Source: Tubulanus polymorphus (taxonomy: Eukaryota; Animalia; Nemertea). Taken from it: DNA of 64,000 nucleotides. The DNA lies in assembly GCF_964204645.1 (NCBI RefSeq), contig NC_134029.1:18036950-18100949 (forward strand). The letters are read 5' to 3'. The notes beneath the pieces are model-generated. The model was given only the letters and a program-made list of their open reading frames with translations, made no database searches and had not been told where the DNA came from. Below, piece by piece: positions 1 to 15,200 of this stretch (positions within the stretch are counted from its first letter, which is position 1; the number at the start of each line of letters is the position of its first letter). The position numbers and the translations under genes were made by a program.

Positions 1-54
1 ATTGCAAGACTGGAATTAGAGAGTTAAAACAACATGACATTATTGCTATTTCAG

Positions 55-216
55 GTTGTTCAAATGGAGTGTGCACCTCTTTTGAAGAAAACAGATTTTG
101 TTACGAATGACGATTACGCAATGTACGTTCGAGACAATATCCAGATTGGAATGTTGGTTCGATGTTGTCGTACTTATGAAGAGGTGCATGAGGGCGATGT
201 AGGGAAAGTCACAAAG
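55..216 (+). CDS. HERC2: HERC2 exon (CPH domain)
   Basis: ttcag|...|gtaa; VVQMEC...[14 protein letters not shown]. Confidence 0.9.
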
Positions 217-3200
217 GTAAAGTAGATGCAACAGTCTTTTTAAAAGTGTTCATTCAATCGACCGATTTGACAGATCACAGCCTATACGATACATGTAAAT
301 AATATGCTCAACATCGATGAAGAACTTCGATACATGATGTTGGTCTAGTTGTAAAATTTGAAAATGTCTCGTTTATCCTAATAAGATAATTTCGTTGGAT
401 TTTGTATGCAATGCAGAGCTTCCAACTGTCCTTGAAAATGGTTTGATGTCCCTAATAATGCAATATTAATGGTATTGATAATGAATCAGTGTCCCAGAAT
501 CTGTTATTTGAATTCCTAGAAAATTCAGTCCCTGCTTCTGATACTCATTGGTTGGCAGCCCAAGCAATGGGTGTTTACTGGTATGTTCATTTATTCAAAT
601 TTTCCAGTTGGATCGTGATGGCTTACATGATCTGAACATCCAAGCTGATTGGCAGAGAATGGGTCGTACATACTGGGTTCGTTATGTGCATGTAGAACTG
701 TTAGGGTATGGATCACCTTCTGCTGCAGTACCAGGCACTACAGGTATACATGCTCTCTTGTTAATATATTTCCATTAAGCAGGACTTCTAGTAATCAATT
801 CTCTTCAAATTAGATTTAGTTATGAATGAATATATTTTCTAATGGTATTTTAGAAATGGGAGCAGTTGCAGCGTCTGCAGTATCGGCTGGATCAACTACA
901 TCATTGGGCAATAAAATTAAAATTGGCGATAAAGTACGAGTGAAACCGTCGGTTACCACACCAAAATACAAGTGGGGATCAGTAACTCATCGAAGTGTTG
1001 GCACTGTTAGAAGTAGGTTTAGCACTACAAGGACAATTACTTCCATACCCTTCACCAAAAAAGTCTCCCAGGATGATAAAACCCTTGCCATGGGGTACAA
1101 TCGTGCCTGTGATTTTTATACCGCTAGAATAAAAATGATATGCTTGTATATAATGGAGGAATCAAGAAGGAACGGTTGAGGCTTGAATATAGTAGTTTCA
1201 TAGTTTTGGTTCTGTTTTTACCCGAACCCCTGTAGCGTACAAATAAAATTGCTTCATAAAATGTCCCTTTGAGTCTGATTGTTTCGCGAAGGGCTGTATT
1301 GGGTATTTTACTTATTTCGATATTTACTTCATTTTCAGTGTTTGCCGCTGAAGCCCGCGACGTTGTCGTTGATTTTCCACAGCAGCCACATTGGACCGGT
1401 TTAGTGTCCGAGATGGAAGTCGTGCACAGTGCACACCCTGGAATCACGTAAGTAGTGCAAATATGTGATATGAAATCTATTCTTATCAGGAGGTTGAAAA
1501 CAATAATAACTTGTACAGTATCGATTTAAATGAGTGATTTTGTTTTATTGTATACCGGTAGGTGCGATGAATGTCACATGTGTCCTATCACTGGCGATAG
1601 GTTTAAATGTCGAACCTGCAGTAACTATAACCTATGTGATGGCTGCTATAAGAATACAACCCACCCGCACTCATTCAAAAAGACTATTGATGCTGGTAAG
1701 TATTTGTATTAGAAAATGTATTCTTCAGGCAGGGATGATTCACCACTTCCATAAATCTTGCCATTTCACTTGTGAGTTCACATCCAAGTACAGCATGTAT
1801 ATTATTGCTTAGATTTGGAAAAGATATTCTGGAGTCAAAGTACTCTCAAGGTTAAAACTCCCATTGGATGCCTTTTAAATTACAGTGGCAATATTCAATT
1901 TTCTACTAGCACCATACAGCCTGCATATCATGATCCATTAACCTGAAACTTGGCAAAGTGGCCATCTTGAAAATTCTAGTGAAGGAATTGGTGCCGGCAA
2001 ATCCAAACGGATCTTTCGGAAATTTTGTTTGTCAATTGGATCCTGTCGTTGATCATCGTGTTAAAGAGCAGCCATCCTGAAATTCTTGTTAGCAATTTCC
2101 CTGATAAGAAATTCAAGATATGGATTCTATCTGCATATCCTGGGGAGATTAACGTCGATTTTGCAAAATTCTAGTTATTTATTACTTATGTAGGCAATGA
2201 TTCGGTGAACAATCACAGACAGAAACAGAAGCGTCGATACGGAATGTGCACCGGGCCGCATTCGGGGATGATCACCGATTGGCACCGATGCATAAAACAT
2301 TTATCGGTTTCGTCGAAAGAGAATACGGTTCATCGATTAATCGATGGCAGCGGATTCTGGCAGAGTTCCGGTTCGCAGGGAAAGGTAAGTAATACTCAGG
2401 AAGACGGAAGATTAACTCGTTTGCTGCCCACTACTAGATATCTTGTGTTTCCGCTTATGCCACTATTGCCATAGGAGATATCTCGTTGCCGATCTGGTTA
2501 ATCATTGTTTGTTCACTGGAATGACATGGTTCCTATACTAGCGGGCAGTGTGAATGAACTCTGCTACACCCTCAAAGCTCATTAGTAAATTCTGATGGAT
2601 GAGTGAATGTGTATGAGATAAGTCATAGCAGCTCTGTATTCGTGTTTGGGTATCCCTAATCTTCACTTGTGTATACCTACATTTTCTGATTTGTTGGTTT
2701 TCGTATTTCATCGTTTAGTGCTGTATTTGCAGATTTACTTATGTCGTACCTTTAATTACAGCATTGGATTCGATTGGAAATCCATTCCGATATCATAATC
2801 CAGCAGCTGGTGATGAGAGTGGAACCGTCTGATTCAAGTTATATGCCATCGCTAGTAGTAATCAGCGGTGGTGATACGTTGAGTAATATGCGCGAAATTA
2901 AAACTATCAATATCGGAATGACGGAAAATCTCGTGCCGCTACTGCAAGATGTAACTGAGGTATGAATTACATGATATTAACTGTAATACAATCATTGAAT
3001 TATTTGTTGTAAGACGAAGTTCGTCTGCAATCATCAGAAGCATTTTGTAGAAATATGCAGTCATTTCTTTCGGCCCAGTAGCCATGTCAGAAATATGTTT
3101 CATCTACCCAGGAAAGACCAGTAAAAACTGACTACGATGATATGGCATCATATACGAGACTGACTTTATTTTTCGTTTCACTGATATTTATAGCTTATAT

Positions 3201-6200
3201 TCTGGTATGGACTTGTAGACCATATGTGGAATGCAGATTTCAGTACACAATGACTACGTTCAGTAGGCCTAACGTTATAACACATGATTTTAGAATTTAT
3301 AAAATTTTGACTCATTACATAAGCCTTAAATATTCATTTGTTAGTTCTTATTTGTCTGATAAGAACAGAAATATGAATGAAACAGTTTGTGCAAAACTCC
3401 ATTTTACAAGGAGGACTTATGCCATTAGTCCTGATATCATTTTGTATAATAAGTATGAAATAGATAAACCAGATGATGATACCAGGAGAAATAGCATTTA
3501 GGTTCCCAGTATTGAATAGCTAGTTGTTGGTGTCAAACCGTTTAATCAAAATGAATCTTGCTAATCAGAGGTGTCTATAGAATACCAGCACTGACCTGTG
3601 CGAATTAGTCCACATTTTACCAGCACAAAAAGTACTGGTTACAGAAAATCTGTATTGATATTCCACCTCACATCCATCACAAGTTTTAGCTGATCCGAAA
3701 AATCTATGACATGAACTATGACATGAACTATCTCAAAGTACTCCCAGCACAAGCTTGTACTAGTAAAATATCTTAAACTACCACTAGACATACATGTACC
3801 AGGTACACTTATCTCTTGATGTAAGAGATATCTTGTTCAATTGAGTAAGTAAGTGCTATAATTTGAGCATTGAATGAGTACTTCCAATATTGTCCAAGAA
3901 ACCAGTTGTAAAAAGGTGTCTATTTGATTCCCATTAGCACTGAACTGTGCTAATTAGACAAAATCTCACCTGCACAAAATCAGTACCAGATAGAAATCAT
4001 TATATCTTAGCTGAAATCATACAGTATCCGCAAAAATCCATTTCCATGATTTCCCCCTGAACTTTGGTTGTTGTCAACATAAACACCCACTGATCCCCAC
4101 ATAGTTATGTGCTAGTTCTTACTTATTTGACAAGAACAGAAATATGAAGGGATCAGTGAGCACAAACTCCATTTCACAAGAAGAACTTATGCCTTTAGTC
4201 CTGGTATCATTTGGTGCTAGTATAAAATAAGAAACAAGCCCTCATATGATACAAGGAGAAATAGACGTTTAGATTCCCAGTATCAAATCATTTGTCATTG
4301 GTGTCAAACCTTTGAATCCAAAAGAATCTTGCTAGTAAGAGGCGTCTATAGAATCTTTATTACCAGCACTGACCTGTGCTAATTAGTCAATTTCTCACCA
4401 ACACAAAATCAGTACCAGTCACAGAAAATCTGTATGGTTATTTCACAATAAATACCCATCGAAAGACTAGTTTTAGCTGATCCTACAAATCTATGACATG
4501 AAATATCTCAAAGTACTCCCAGCAAAGACCTGTGCTAGTAATATATGTTAAACTACCAAGACACATGTACCAGGAACACTAAATGAGATATTGACTGATG
4601 ACTTAAGGGGTTTAGGACCTGTTTTAAGAGATATCATGTTAAATTGAGTAAGTTAGTGCTTTAGTTTGAGCATTGAATGAAAACTTCCAAGTCATCAACT
4701 ATTGATGAGAAGTTTTAATGACGTACTCATTCATGAATCAACCCATTATTACTAATCAAGCTTCAAATTAATGTCACTGTTTTAGACCTTAAATTCTGTA
4801 TTTGACTCCACTATGCAATAGTAAAGAGGTGACTATTAGATTCCCATTACGGTACTAGCACTGACCTGTGCTAATTATTCAAAATCTCACCAGCATGAAA
4901 TCAGTACCAGTTACAGAGAATCTATATCGATATTCCACGATAAATATCCATCACAAGACTGGTTTAAGCTGATCCTAGCAATCTATGACATGAAATATCT
5001 CAGAAGTACTCCCAGCACAGGCCTGTGTTTAGTAATATATGTTAAACTACCACTAAGACATGTATCAGGAACACGAGATGAGATATTGACTGATGAACTG
5101 AGTGGTTTGAGGAACCTTTTTATCTAAGGGATATTATGTTGAATTAAGTAAGTTAGTGCTATTGTTTGAGCATTGAATGAGTTCTTCAAGTCATCAACTA
5201 TTGATGAGAAGTCTCAGTCGCGTAATTCATTATTAATTAACCCATTATTACTACTCAAGCTTCAATTTAATGTCACTGCGTTAGACCAAAAATCTGAAGT
5301 TGACAACTGTCCAATAATACATTTTGTAGTGAAAATTGAACTCGCCCAATAGAAATCAAAACTCCAATTTTGTCACAGAAACCAATAGTTAAGAGGTGAC
5401 CATTTGATTCCCATTACCAGCACTGACCTGTGCTAATTATTCGAAATCTCACCAGCACAAAATCAATACCAGTTACAGAAATCATTATATCTAAGCTGAA
5501 ATCATAAGGCAAAAATCCATTTCCATGATTTCCCCTAAACTTAGCGTGTTTTCATACTAAACACTCACAGATCCCCACATATTTATGTGCTAATTCTTTC
5601 TTATTTGACAAGAACAGAAATATGAAGGAATCAGTGAGCACAAACTCCATTTTCAAGTAGAACTCCTGGTGTCATCTGGTGCTAGTATAAAGTAAGAAAT
5701 GAGCCCTCATATGATACAAGGAGAAATAGACGTTTAGATTCCCTGTATCGAATCACTAGTCATTGGTGTCAAACCTATGAATCCAAAATAATCTTGCTAG
5801 TTAGAGGTGTCTATAGAATCTTTATTCTCAGCACTGACCTGTGCTAATTAGTCAGAATCTCACCAGCACAAAATCAGTACCAGTTCCAGAAATCAATATA
5901 TCTTAGCTGAAATCATACGGTATCTGCAAAAATCTGGGTCCGTGAGTTCCCCCTGAACTTTGGTTGTTTTCATGATAAACACTCACAGATCCCCACATAG
6001 TTATGTGCTAGTGCTTACTTATTTGACAAGAACAGAAATATGAAGGGATCAGTGAGCGCAAACTCCATTTCACAAGAAGAACTTATGCTTTTAATCCTGG
6101 TATCATTTGGTGTTAGTATAAAATAAGAAACAAGCCTTCATATGATACAAGGAGAAATAGACGTCTAGATTCCCAGTATCAAATCACTAGTAATTGGTGT

Positions 6201-9200
6201 CAAATCTTTCAATCCAAAATAATCTTGCTAGCAAGAGGTGTCTATAGAATCTTTATCACCAGCACTGGCCTGTGCTAATTAGTCAAAATCTCACCAGCAC
6301 AAAATCAGTATCAGTTACAAAAAATCTATATCGTTATTCCACAATAAATACCCATCACAAGACTGGTTATAGCTGATCCGACAAATCTGTGACATGAAAT
6401 ATCTAAAAGTACTCCCAGCACAGGCCTGTGCTAGTAGTATCATGTTAAACTACCACTAGACATGTACCAGGAACACTAGATGAGATATTGACTGATGACT
6501 TGAGGGGTTGAGGAACTGTTTTTATCTAAGATACATCATATTCAATTGAGTAAGTCAGTGCTATAGTTTGAGCATTGAATTAGTACTTCCAGTCATCAAC
6601 TATTAATGAGAAGTTTTAATTACGTAATCAACCATTAATTACCCGTTATTACTATTCAAGCTTCAAATTTAGATATTAGAATTTTAAAAGACTGTAGTTG
6701 ACTCCAACTGTGCAGTAAAACATTTTGTAATGAAAAATTAAACTCACCCACTAGAAATTGAAACTGCAATTTTGTCCAAGAAACCAGTTGTAAAACGGTG
6801 TCTATTTGATTCCCATTACCAGCACTGACCTGTGCTAATTGGTCAAAATCTCACCAGCACAAAAACAGTACCAGTTACAGAAATCCTTGTATCTTAGCTG
6901 AATTCATATGGTATCTGCAAAAATCAGTGTCCGTGAGTTCCCCCTGAACTTTGGTTGTTTTCATGATAAACACTCACAGATCCCCACATAGTTATGTGCT
7001 AGTGCTTACTTATTTGACAAGAACAGAAATATGAAGGGATCAGTGAGCGCAAACTCCATTTCACAAGAAGAACTTATGCTTTTAATCCTGGTATCATTTG
7101 GTGTTAGTATAAAATAAGAAACAAGCCTTCATATGATACAAGGAGAAATAGACGTCTAGATTCCCAGTATCAAATCACTAGTAATTGGTGTCAAATCTTT
7201 CAATCCAAAATAATCTTGCTAGCAAGAGGTGTCTATAGAATCTTTATCACCAGCACTGGCCTGTGCTAATTAGTCAAAATCTCACCAGCACAAAATCAGT
7301 ATCAGTTACAAACAAGAAAATTAATTTTAGAAAATTATTTGACGCCTGCGAAAAAAATGTATAATTTCTGGGCTAAGCTAATGTGGAATTGCAAATTTGA
7401 AATCGAAGTTTTTAGAAATTTGGGGAATGATGAGATTTGGCGATTGGGTAGATGATACAGCGGGTCTTCGACTCTAGTAGTGGTTTAAATTTTTTTATTG
7501 AAAATTCTCAATAATTGATCGCGAACTTGCGACCGACTTCATTTACTTATGCCTCTAAGCTGGTCTGCAACTTCATTGCCTCCATGGTTGAAGAACGAGC
7601 TCTTCTGATGTCTGCTTCATCATGACTTCGAGCATATCGTGTGGCCTAGCCAGCCGGCCCGGGCCACGGGTTTGGCTGTCACTCGATATCCTAGAGTCTT
7701 GAGTCTGGGTGGGTTGAAGTAGACATTGTCATTTAAAATAACATGCTTATGTTGTTCTGTATGAATTACCCGTGTGTCATGTATGTTGTATTAATTTATT
7801 TTAAAATTTGTATTTATTGAATTTGGGAATTTTATCCCGAAATTTCAATGTAATAAGGATCAATAAAGAATTGAATTGAATTGTCACCTAATACACATGC
7901 CATCAGAGGACGCGGAGCCGTATATGATAGCTATGCTATTATAAATTGCTAATCTCACGAAACCTGCATACTCCTAATATCAAACATATTTTCTAAAACG
8001 TTTGAATATTGAAATTATATGTTTACACATTTTCATATTGACCGCTTGTAGCCGCTGATGAAATTCACGCCGGCCCTACACACATCGTAGATAGCTTCGT
8101 CATTCCACCGGCATGCCCACGTCAGGGTCTGACTTTTATATCAGACTTCCAAATCGTGTATACATCCGCCATTTAACCGAATAATCCGATTTACTTATCA
8201 TTTCTATTTATGCCTGCCGCTTCTGATATAATCATACATCCTTTACTATTACAATACGTCTTCTAATGATATTCAATGCAATATAACATTTCGACGTTCA
8301 AATATAGGTCATTATATAATCACAGGAAGCCATTCTACATCTATGTCAATAATATTTTGCCAGATAGCTTGTTTGTGTACACATAGACCTGTGACGTTTT
8401 GCACATCGATTTACGGCTGTCGTTTGTAAAATGACGCTGAATGGTTAACATTGTTTAGGTTTCATAATGGTAACGTTTTATAAGGCGTCAAAAAATCTAT
8501 ATCGTTATTCCACAATAAATACCCATCACAAGACTGGTTATAGCTGATCGAACAAATCTGTGACATGAAATATCTAAAAGTACTCCCAGCACAGGCCTGT
8601 GCTAGTAATATCATGTTAAACTACCACTAGACATGTACCAGGAACACTAGATGAGATATTGACTGATGACTTGAGGGGTTGAGGAACTGTTTTTATCTAA
8701 GATACATCATGTTCAATTGAGTAAGTTAGTGCTATAGTTTGAGCATTGAATTAGTACTTCCAGTCATCAACTATTGATGAGAAGTTTTAATTACGTAATC
8801 AAGCATTAATTACCCATTATTACTAATCAAGCTTCAAATCTAAATATTAGAATGTAAAAAACTGTAGTTGACTCCAACTGTGCAGTAAAACATTTTTTAA
8901 TGAAAAATTTAACTCACCCACTAGAAATTGAAACTTCAATTTTGTCCAAGAAACCAGTTGTTAAATGGTGTCTATTTGATTCCCATTACCAGCACTGACC
9001 TGTGCTAATTGGTCAAAATCTCACCAGCACAAAAACAGTACCAGTCACAGAAATCCTTATATCCTAGCTGAATTCATATGGTATCTGCAAAAATCAGTGT
9101 CCATGAGTTCCCCCTGAACTTACTGTCTGTCACACATGCTCTTCGTGCGACGTTTCGGTCCGTAATTTCGTTAATAATCGGTTGATCTGTAAATATTATG

Positions 9201-12200
9201 CATCAATTTGTTCAGTAAGGAATTTGCATTCAGAAATAAATCATGAACTGGCAGAAATTTGTTTGTGTTTTCTTCTATCAGCGATAGTTTACCTAGCATA
9301 CGCTCGCGTAATGCTGAAAAACGGCTTTTATGGCCCGTCACGTGGCGCCACCTACTGTATTTTGATATGCTAATGAGCAGGTGATGACGTCACTGTAACG
9401 TTTCCGAGCGTCCGCAGAGCCGAGTTTTCAGCATTACGCGAGCGTATGCTGAGTAAACTATCGCTCATAAATGAAAACAAAAACAACTTAAGTGAAAATT
9501 GTTGTTTATTTCTGAATGCAAATTCCTCACTGAACAAATTGATGCGTGATAAAGGTATAAAACCGATTATTAACGAAATTACGGACCAAAACGTCGCACG
9601 GAGAGTAGGTGTGACAGACAGTAGGCTGTTTTCATGATAAACACTCACAGATCCCCACATAGTTATGTGCTAGTGCTTACTTATTTGACAAGAACAGAAA
9701 TATGAAGGGATCAGTGAGCACAAAGTCCATTTCACAAGAAGAACTTATGCCTTTAATCCTGGTATCATTTGGTGCTAGTATAAAATAAGAAACAAGCCCT
9801 CATATGATACAAGGAGAAATAGACAGTTAGATTCCCAGTATCAAGTCACTAGTAATTGGTGTCAAATCTTTGAATCCAAAATTATCTTGCTAGTAACAGG
9901 TGTCTATAGAATCTTTATTACTAGCACTGACCTGTGCTAATTAGTCAAAATCTCACCAGCACAAAATCAGTACCAGTTACAGAAAAGTAATCAGTACCAT
10001 TACTCCACAATATATACCCATCACAAGACTGGTTTTAGCTGATCCTACAAATCTGTGACATGAAATATCTAAAAGTACTCCCAGCACAGGCCTGTGCTAG
10101 TAATATATGTTGAACTACCACTAGACATGTACCAGGAACACTAGATGAGATATTGACTGATGACTTGAGGGGTTGAGGAACTTTTTTTTATTATGTTCAA
10201 TTCAGTAAGTAAGTGCTATAGTTCGAGCATTGAATGAGTTCTTCAAGTCATCAACTATTGATGAGAAGTTTTGAATATGTAATCAATCATTAATTACCCA
10301 TTATTACTGATCAAGCTTCAAATTTAAGTATTAGAATGTAAAAAGCTGTAGTTGACTCCAACTGTGCATTAATACATTTTGTAATGAAAAATTGAACTCA
10401 CCCAATAGAAATTGAAGCTCCAATTGTGTCCAAAAAACCTGTTGTAAAAAGGTGTCTATTCGATTCCCATTACTAGCACTGATTTGTGCTAATTGGTCAA
10501 AATCTCAGCAGCACAAAATCAGTACCAGATAGAAATCATTATATCTAAGCTGAAATCATACGGTATCTGCAAAAATCTGGGTCCGTGAGTTCCCCCTGAA
10601 CTTTGGTTGTTTTCATGATAAACACTCACAGATCCCCACATAGTTATGTGCTAGTGCTTACTTATTTGACAAGAACAGAAATATGAAGGGATCAGTGAGC
10701 ACAAACTCCATTTCACAAGAAGAACTTATGCCTTTAGTCCTGGTATCATTTGGTGCTAGTATAAAATAAGAAACAAGCCTTCATATGATACAAGGAGAAA
10801 TAGACGTCTACATTCCCAGTATCAAATCGCTACTCATTGGTGTCAAATCTTTTAATCCAAATGAATCTTGGTAGTAAGAGTACCAGGAACACTAGATGAG
10901 ATATTGACTGATGACTTGAGGGGTTGAGGAACTTTTTTTATTATGTTCAATTCAGTAAGTAAGTGCTATAGTTCGAGCATTGAATGAGTTCTTCAAGTCA
11001 TCAACTATTGATGAGAAGTTTTAATCAATCATTAATTACCCATTATTACTGATTAAGCTTCAAATGTAAGTATTAGAATTAAAAAATTTGTAGTTGACTC
11101 CAACTGTGCATTAATACATTTTGTAATGAAAAATTGAACTTGCCCAATAGAAATTGAAGCTCCAATTGTGTCCAAAAAACCAGTTGTAAAAAGGTGTCTA
11201 TTTGATTCCCATTACTAGCACTGACCTGTGCTAATTGGTCAAAATCTCACCAGCACAAAATCAGTACCAGTTCCAGAAATCAATATATCTTAGCTGAAAT
11301 CATAAGGTATTTGCAAAAATCCGTGTTCATAAGCTCCCCCTGAACTTTGGTTGTTGTCAAAATAAACACCCACAGATCCCTTCATATTTATGTGCTTATA
11401 GTGCTCACTTGTCTGACAAGAACAGAAATATGAAGGGATCAGTGAGGGGAGAAAACTCCATTTAAAAAGTAGAACTTATGCCTTTAGTCCTGGTATCATT
11501 TGTTGCTAGTATAAAATAAGAAACAAGCCCTCATATGATACAAGGAGAAATAGACGTTTAGATTCCCAGTATCAAGTCACTAGTCATTGGTGTCAAATCT
11601 TTGAATCCAAAATAATCTTGCTAGTGACAGGTGTCTATAGAATCTTTATTAATAGCACTGAGCTGTGCTAATTAGTCAAAATCTCACAAGCACAAAATCA
11701 GTACCAGTTACAGAAAATCTATATCGTTATTCCACAATAAATACCCATCACAAGACTGGTTATAGCTGATCCGACAAATCTGTGACATGAAATATCTAAA
11801 AGTACTCCCAGCACAGGCCTGTGCTAGTAATATGATGTTAAACTACCACTAGACATCTACCAGGAACACTAGATGAGATATTGACTGATGCTTGAGGGGT
11901 TGAGGAACTGTTTTTATCTAAGATACATCATGTTCAATTGAGTAAATTAGTGCTATAGTTTGAGCATTGAATTAGTACTTCCAGTCATCAACTATTGATG
12001 AGAAGTTTTAATTACGTAATCAAGCATTAATTACCCATTATTACTAATCAAGCTTCAAATCTAAATATTAGTATGTAAAAAACTGTAGTTGACTCTAACT
12101 GTGCAGTAAACATTATGTAATGAAAAATTTAACTCACCCACTAGAAATTGAAACTCCAATTTTGTCCTAGAAACCAGTTGTTAAATGGTGTCTATTTGAT

Positions 12201-15200
12201 TCCCATTACCAGCACTGACCTGTGCTAATTGGTCAAAATCTCACCAGCACAAAAACAGTACCAGTTACAGAAATCCTTATATCTTAGCTGAATTCGTATT
12301 GTATCTGCAAAAATCAGTGTCCGTGAGTTCCCCCTGAACTTTGGTTGTTTTCATGATAAACACTCACAGATCCCCACATAGTTATGTGCTAGTGCTTACT
12401 TATTTGACAAGAACAGAAATATGAAGGGATCAGTGAGCACAAAGTCCATTTCACAAGAAGAACTTATGCCTTTAATCCTGGTATCATTTGGTGCTAGTAT
12501 AAAATAAGAAGCAAGCCCTCATATGATACAAGGAGAAATAGACAGTTAGATTCCCAGTATCAAGTCACTAGTAATTGGTGTCAAATCTTTGAATCCAAAA
12601 TTATCTTGCTAGTAACAGGTGTCTATAGAATCTTTATTACTAGCACTGACCTGTGCTAATTAGTCAAAATCTCACCAGCACAAAATCAGTACCAGTTACA
12701 GAAAAGTAATCAGTACCATTACTCCACAATATATACCCATCACAAGACTGGTTTTAGCTGATCCTACAAATCTGTGACATGAAATATCTAAAAGTACTCC
12801 CAGCACAGGCCTGTGCTAGTAATATATGTTGAACTACCACTAGACATGTACCAGGAACACTAGATGAGATATTGACTGATGACTTGAGGGGTTGAGGAAC
12901 TTTTTTTTATTATGTTCAATTCAGTAAGTAAGTGCTATAGTTCGAGCATTGAATGAGTTCTTCAAGTCATCAACTATTGATGAGAAGTTTTGAATATGTA
13001 ATCAATCATTAATTACCCATTATTACTGATCAAGCTTCAAATTTAAGTATTAGAATGTAAAAAGCTGTAGTTGACTCCAACTGTGCATTAATACATTTTG
13101 TAATGAAAAATTGAACTCACCCAATAGAAATTGAAGCTCCAATTGTGTCCAAAAAACCTGTTGTAAAAAGGTGTCTATTCGATTCCCATTACTAGCACTG
13201 ATTTGTGCTAATTGGTCAAAATCTCAGCAGCACAAAATCAGTACCAGATAGAAATCATTATATCTAAGCTGAAATCATACGGTATCTGCAAAAATCTGGG
13301 TCCGTGAGTTCCCCCTGAACTTTGGTTGTTTTCATGATAAACACTCACAGATCCCCACATAGTTATGTGCTAGTGCTTACTTATTTGACAAGAACAGAAA
13401 TATGAAGGGATCAGTGAGCACAAACTCCATTTCACAAGAAGAACTTATGCCTTTAGTCCTGGTATCATTTGGTGCTAGTATAAAATAAGAAACAAGCCTT
13501 CATATGATACAAGGAGAAATAGACGTCTAGATTCCAAGTATCAAATCGCTACTCATTGGTGTCAAATCTTTTAATCCAAATGAATCTTGCTAGTAAGAGT
13601 ACCAGGAACACTAGATGAGATATTGACTGATGACTTGAGGGGTTGAGGAACTTTTTTTATTATGTTCAATTCAGTAAGTAAGTGCTATAGTTCGAGCATT
13701 GAATGAGTTCTTCAAGTCATCAACTATTGATGAGAAGTTTTAATCAATCATTAATTACCCTTTATTACTGATCAAGCTTCAAATGTAAGTATTAGAATTA
13801 AAAAATTTGTAGTTGACTCCAACTGTGCATTAATACATTTTGTAATGAAAAATTGAACTTGCCCAATAGAAATTGAAGCTCCAATTGTGTCCAAAAAACC
13901 AGTTGTAAAAAGGTGTCTATTTGATTCCCATTACTAGCACTGACCTGTGCTAATTGGTCAAAATCTCACCAGCACAAAATCAGTACCAGTTCCAGAAATC
14001 AATATATCTTAGCTGAAATCATAAGGTATTTGCAAAAATCCGTGTTCATAAGCTCCCCCTGAACTTTGGTTGTTGTCAAAATAAACACCCACAGATCCCT
14101 TCATATTTATGTGCTTATAGTGCTCACTTGTCTGACAAGAACAGAAATATGAAGGGATCAGTGAGGGGAGAAAACTCCATTTAAAAAGTAGAACTTATGC
14201 CTTTAGTCCTGGTATCATTTGGTGCTAGCATAAAATAAGAAACAAGCCCTCATATGATACAAGGAGAAATAGACGTTTAGATTCCCAGTATCAAGTCACT
14301 AGTCATTGGTGTCAAATCTTTGAATCCAAAATAATCTTGCTAGTGACAGGTATCTATAGAATCTTTATTAATAGCACTGAGCTGTGCTAATTAGTCAAAA
14401 TCTCACAAGCACAAAATCAGTACCAGTTACAGAAAATCTATATCGTTATTCCACAATAAATACCCATCACAAGACTGGTTATAGCTGATCCGACAAATCT
14501 GTGACATGAAATATCTAAAAGTACTCCCAGCACAGGCCTGTGCTAGTAATATGATGTTAAACTACCACTAGACATCTACCAGGAACACTAGATGAGATAT
14601 TGACTGATGCTTGAGGGGTTGAGGAACTGTTTTTATCTAAGATACATCATGTTCAATTGAGTAAATTAGTGCTATAGTTTGAGCATTGAATTAGTACTTC
14701 CAGTCATCAACTATTGATGAGAAGTTTTAATTACGTAATCAAGCATTAATTACCCATTATTACTAATCAAGCTTCAAATCTTAATATTAGTATGTAAAAA
14801 ACTGTAGTTGACTCTAACTGTGCAGTAAACATTTTGTAATGAAAAATTTAATTCACCCACTAGAAATTGAAACTCCAATTTTGTCCAAGAAACCAGTTGT
14901 TAAATGGTGTCTATTTGATTCCCATTACCAGCACTGACCTGTGCTAATTGGTCAAAATCTCACCAGCACAAAAACAGTACCAGTTACAGAAATCCTTATA
15001 TCTTAGCTGAATTCGTATTGTATCTGCAAAAATCAGTGTCCGTGAGTTCCCCCTGAACTTTGGTTGTTTTCATGATAAACACTCACAGATCCCCACATAG
15101 TTATGTGCTAGTGCTTACTTATTTGACAAGAACAGAAATATGAAGGGATCAGTGAGCACAAACTCCATTTCGCAAGAAGAACTTATGCCTTTAATCCTGG

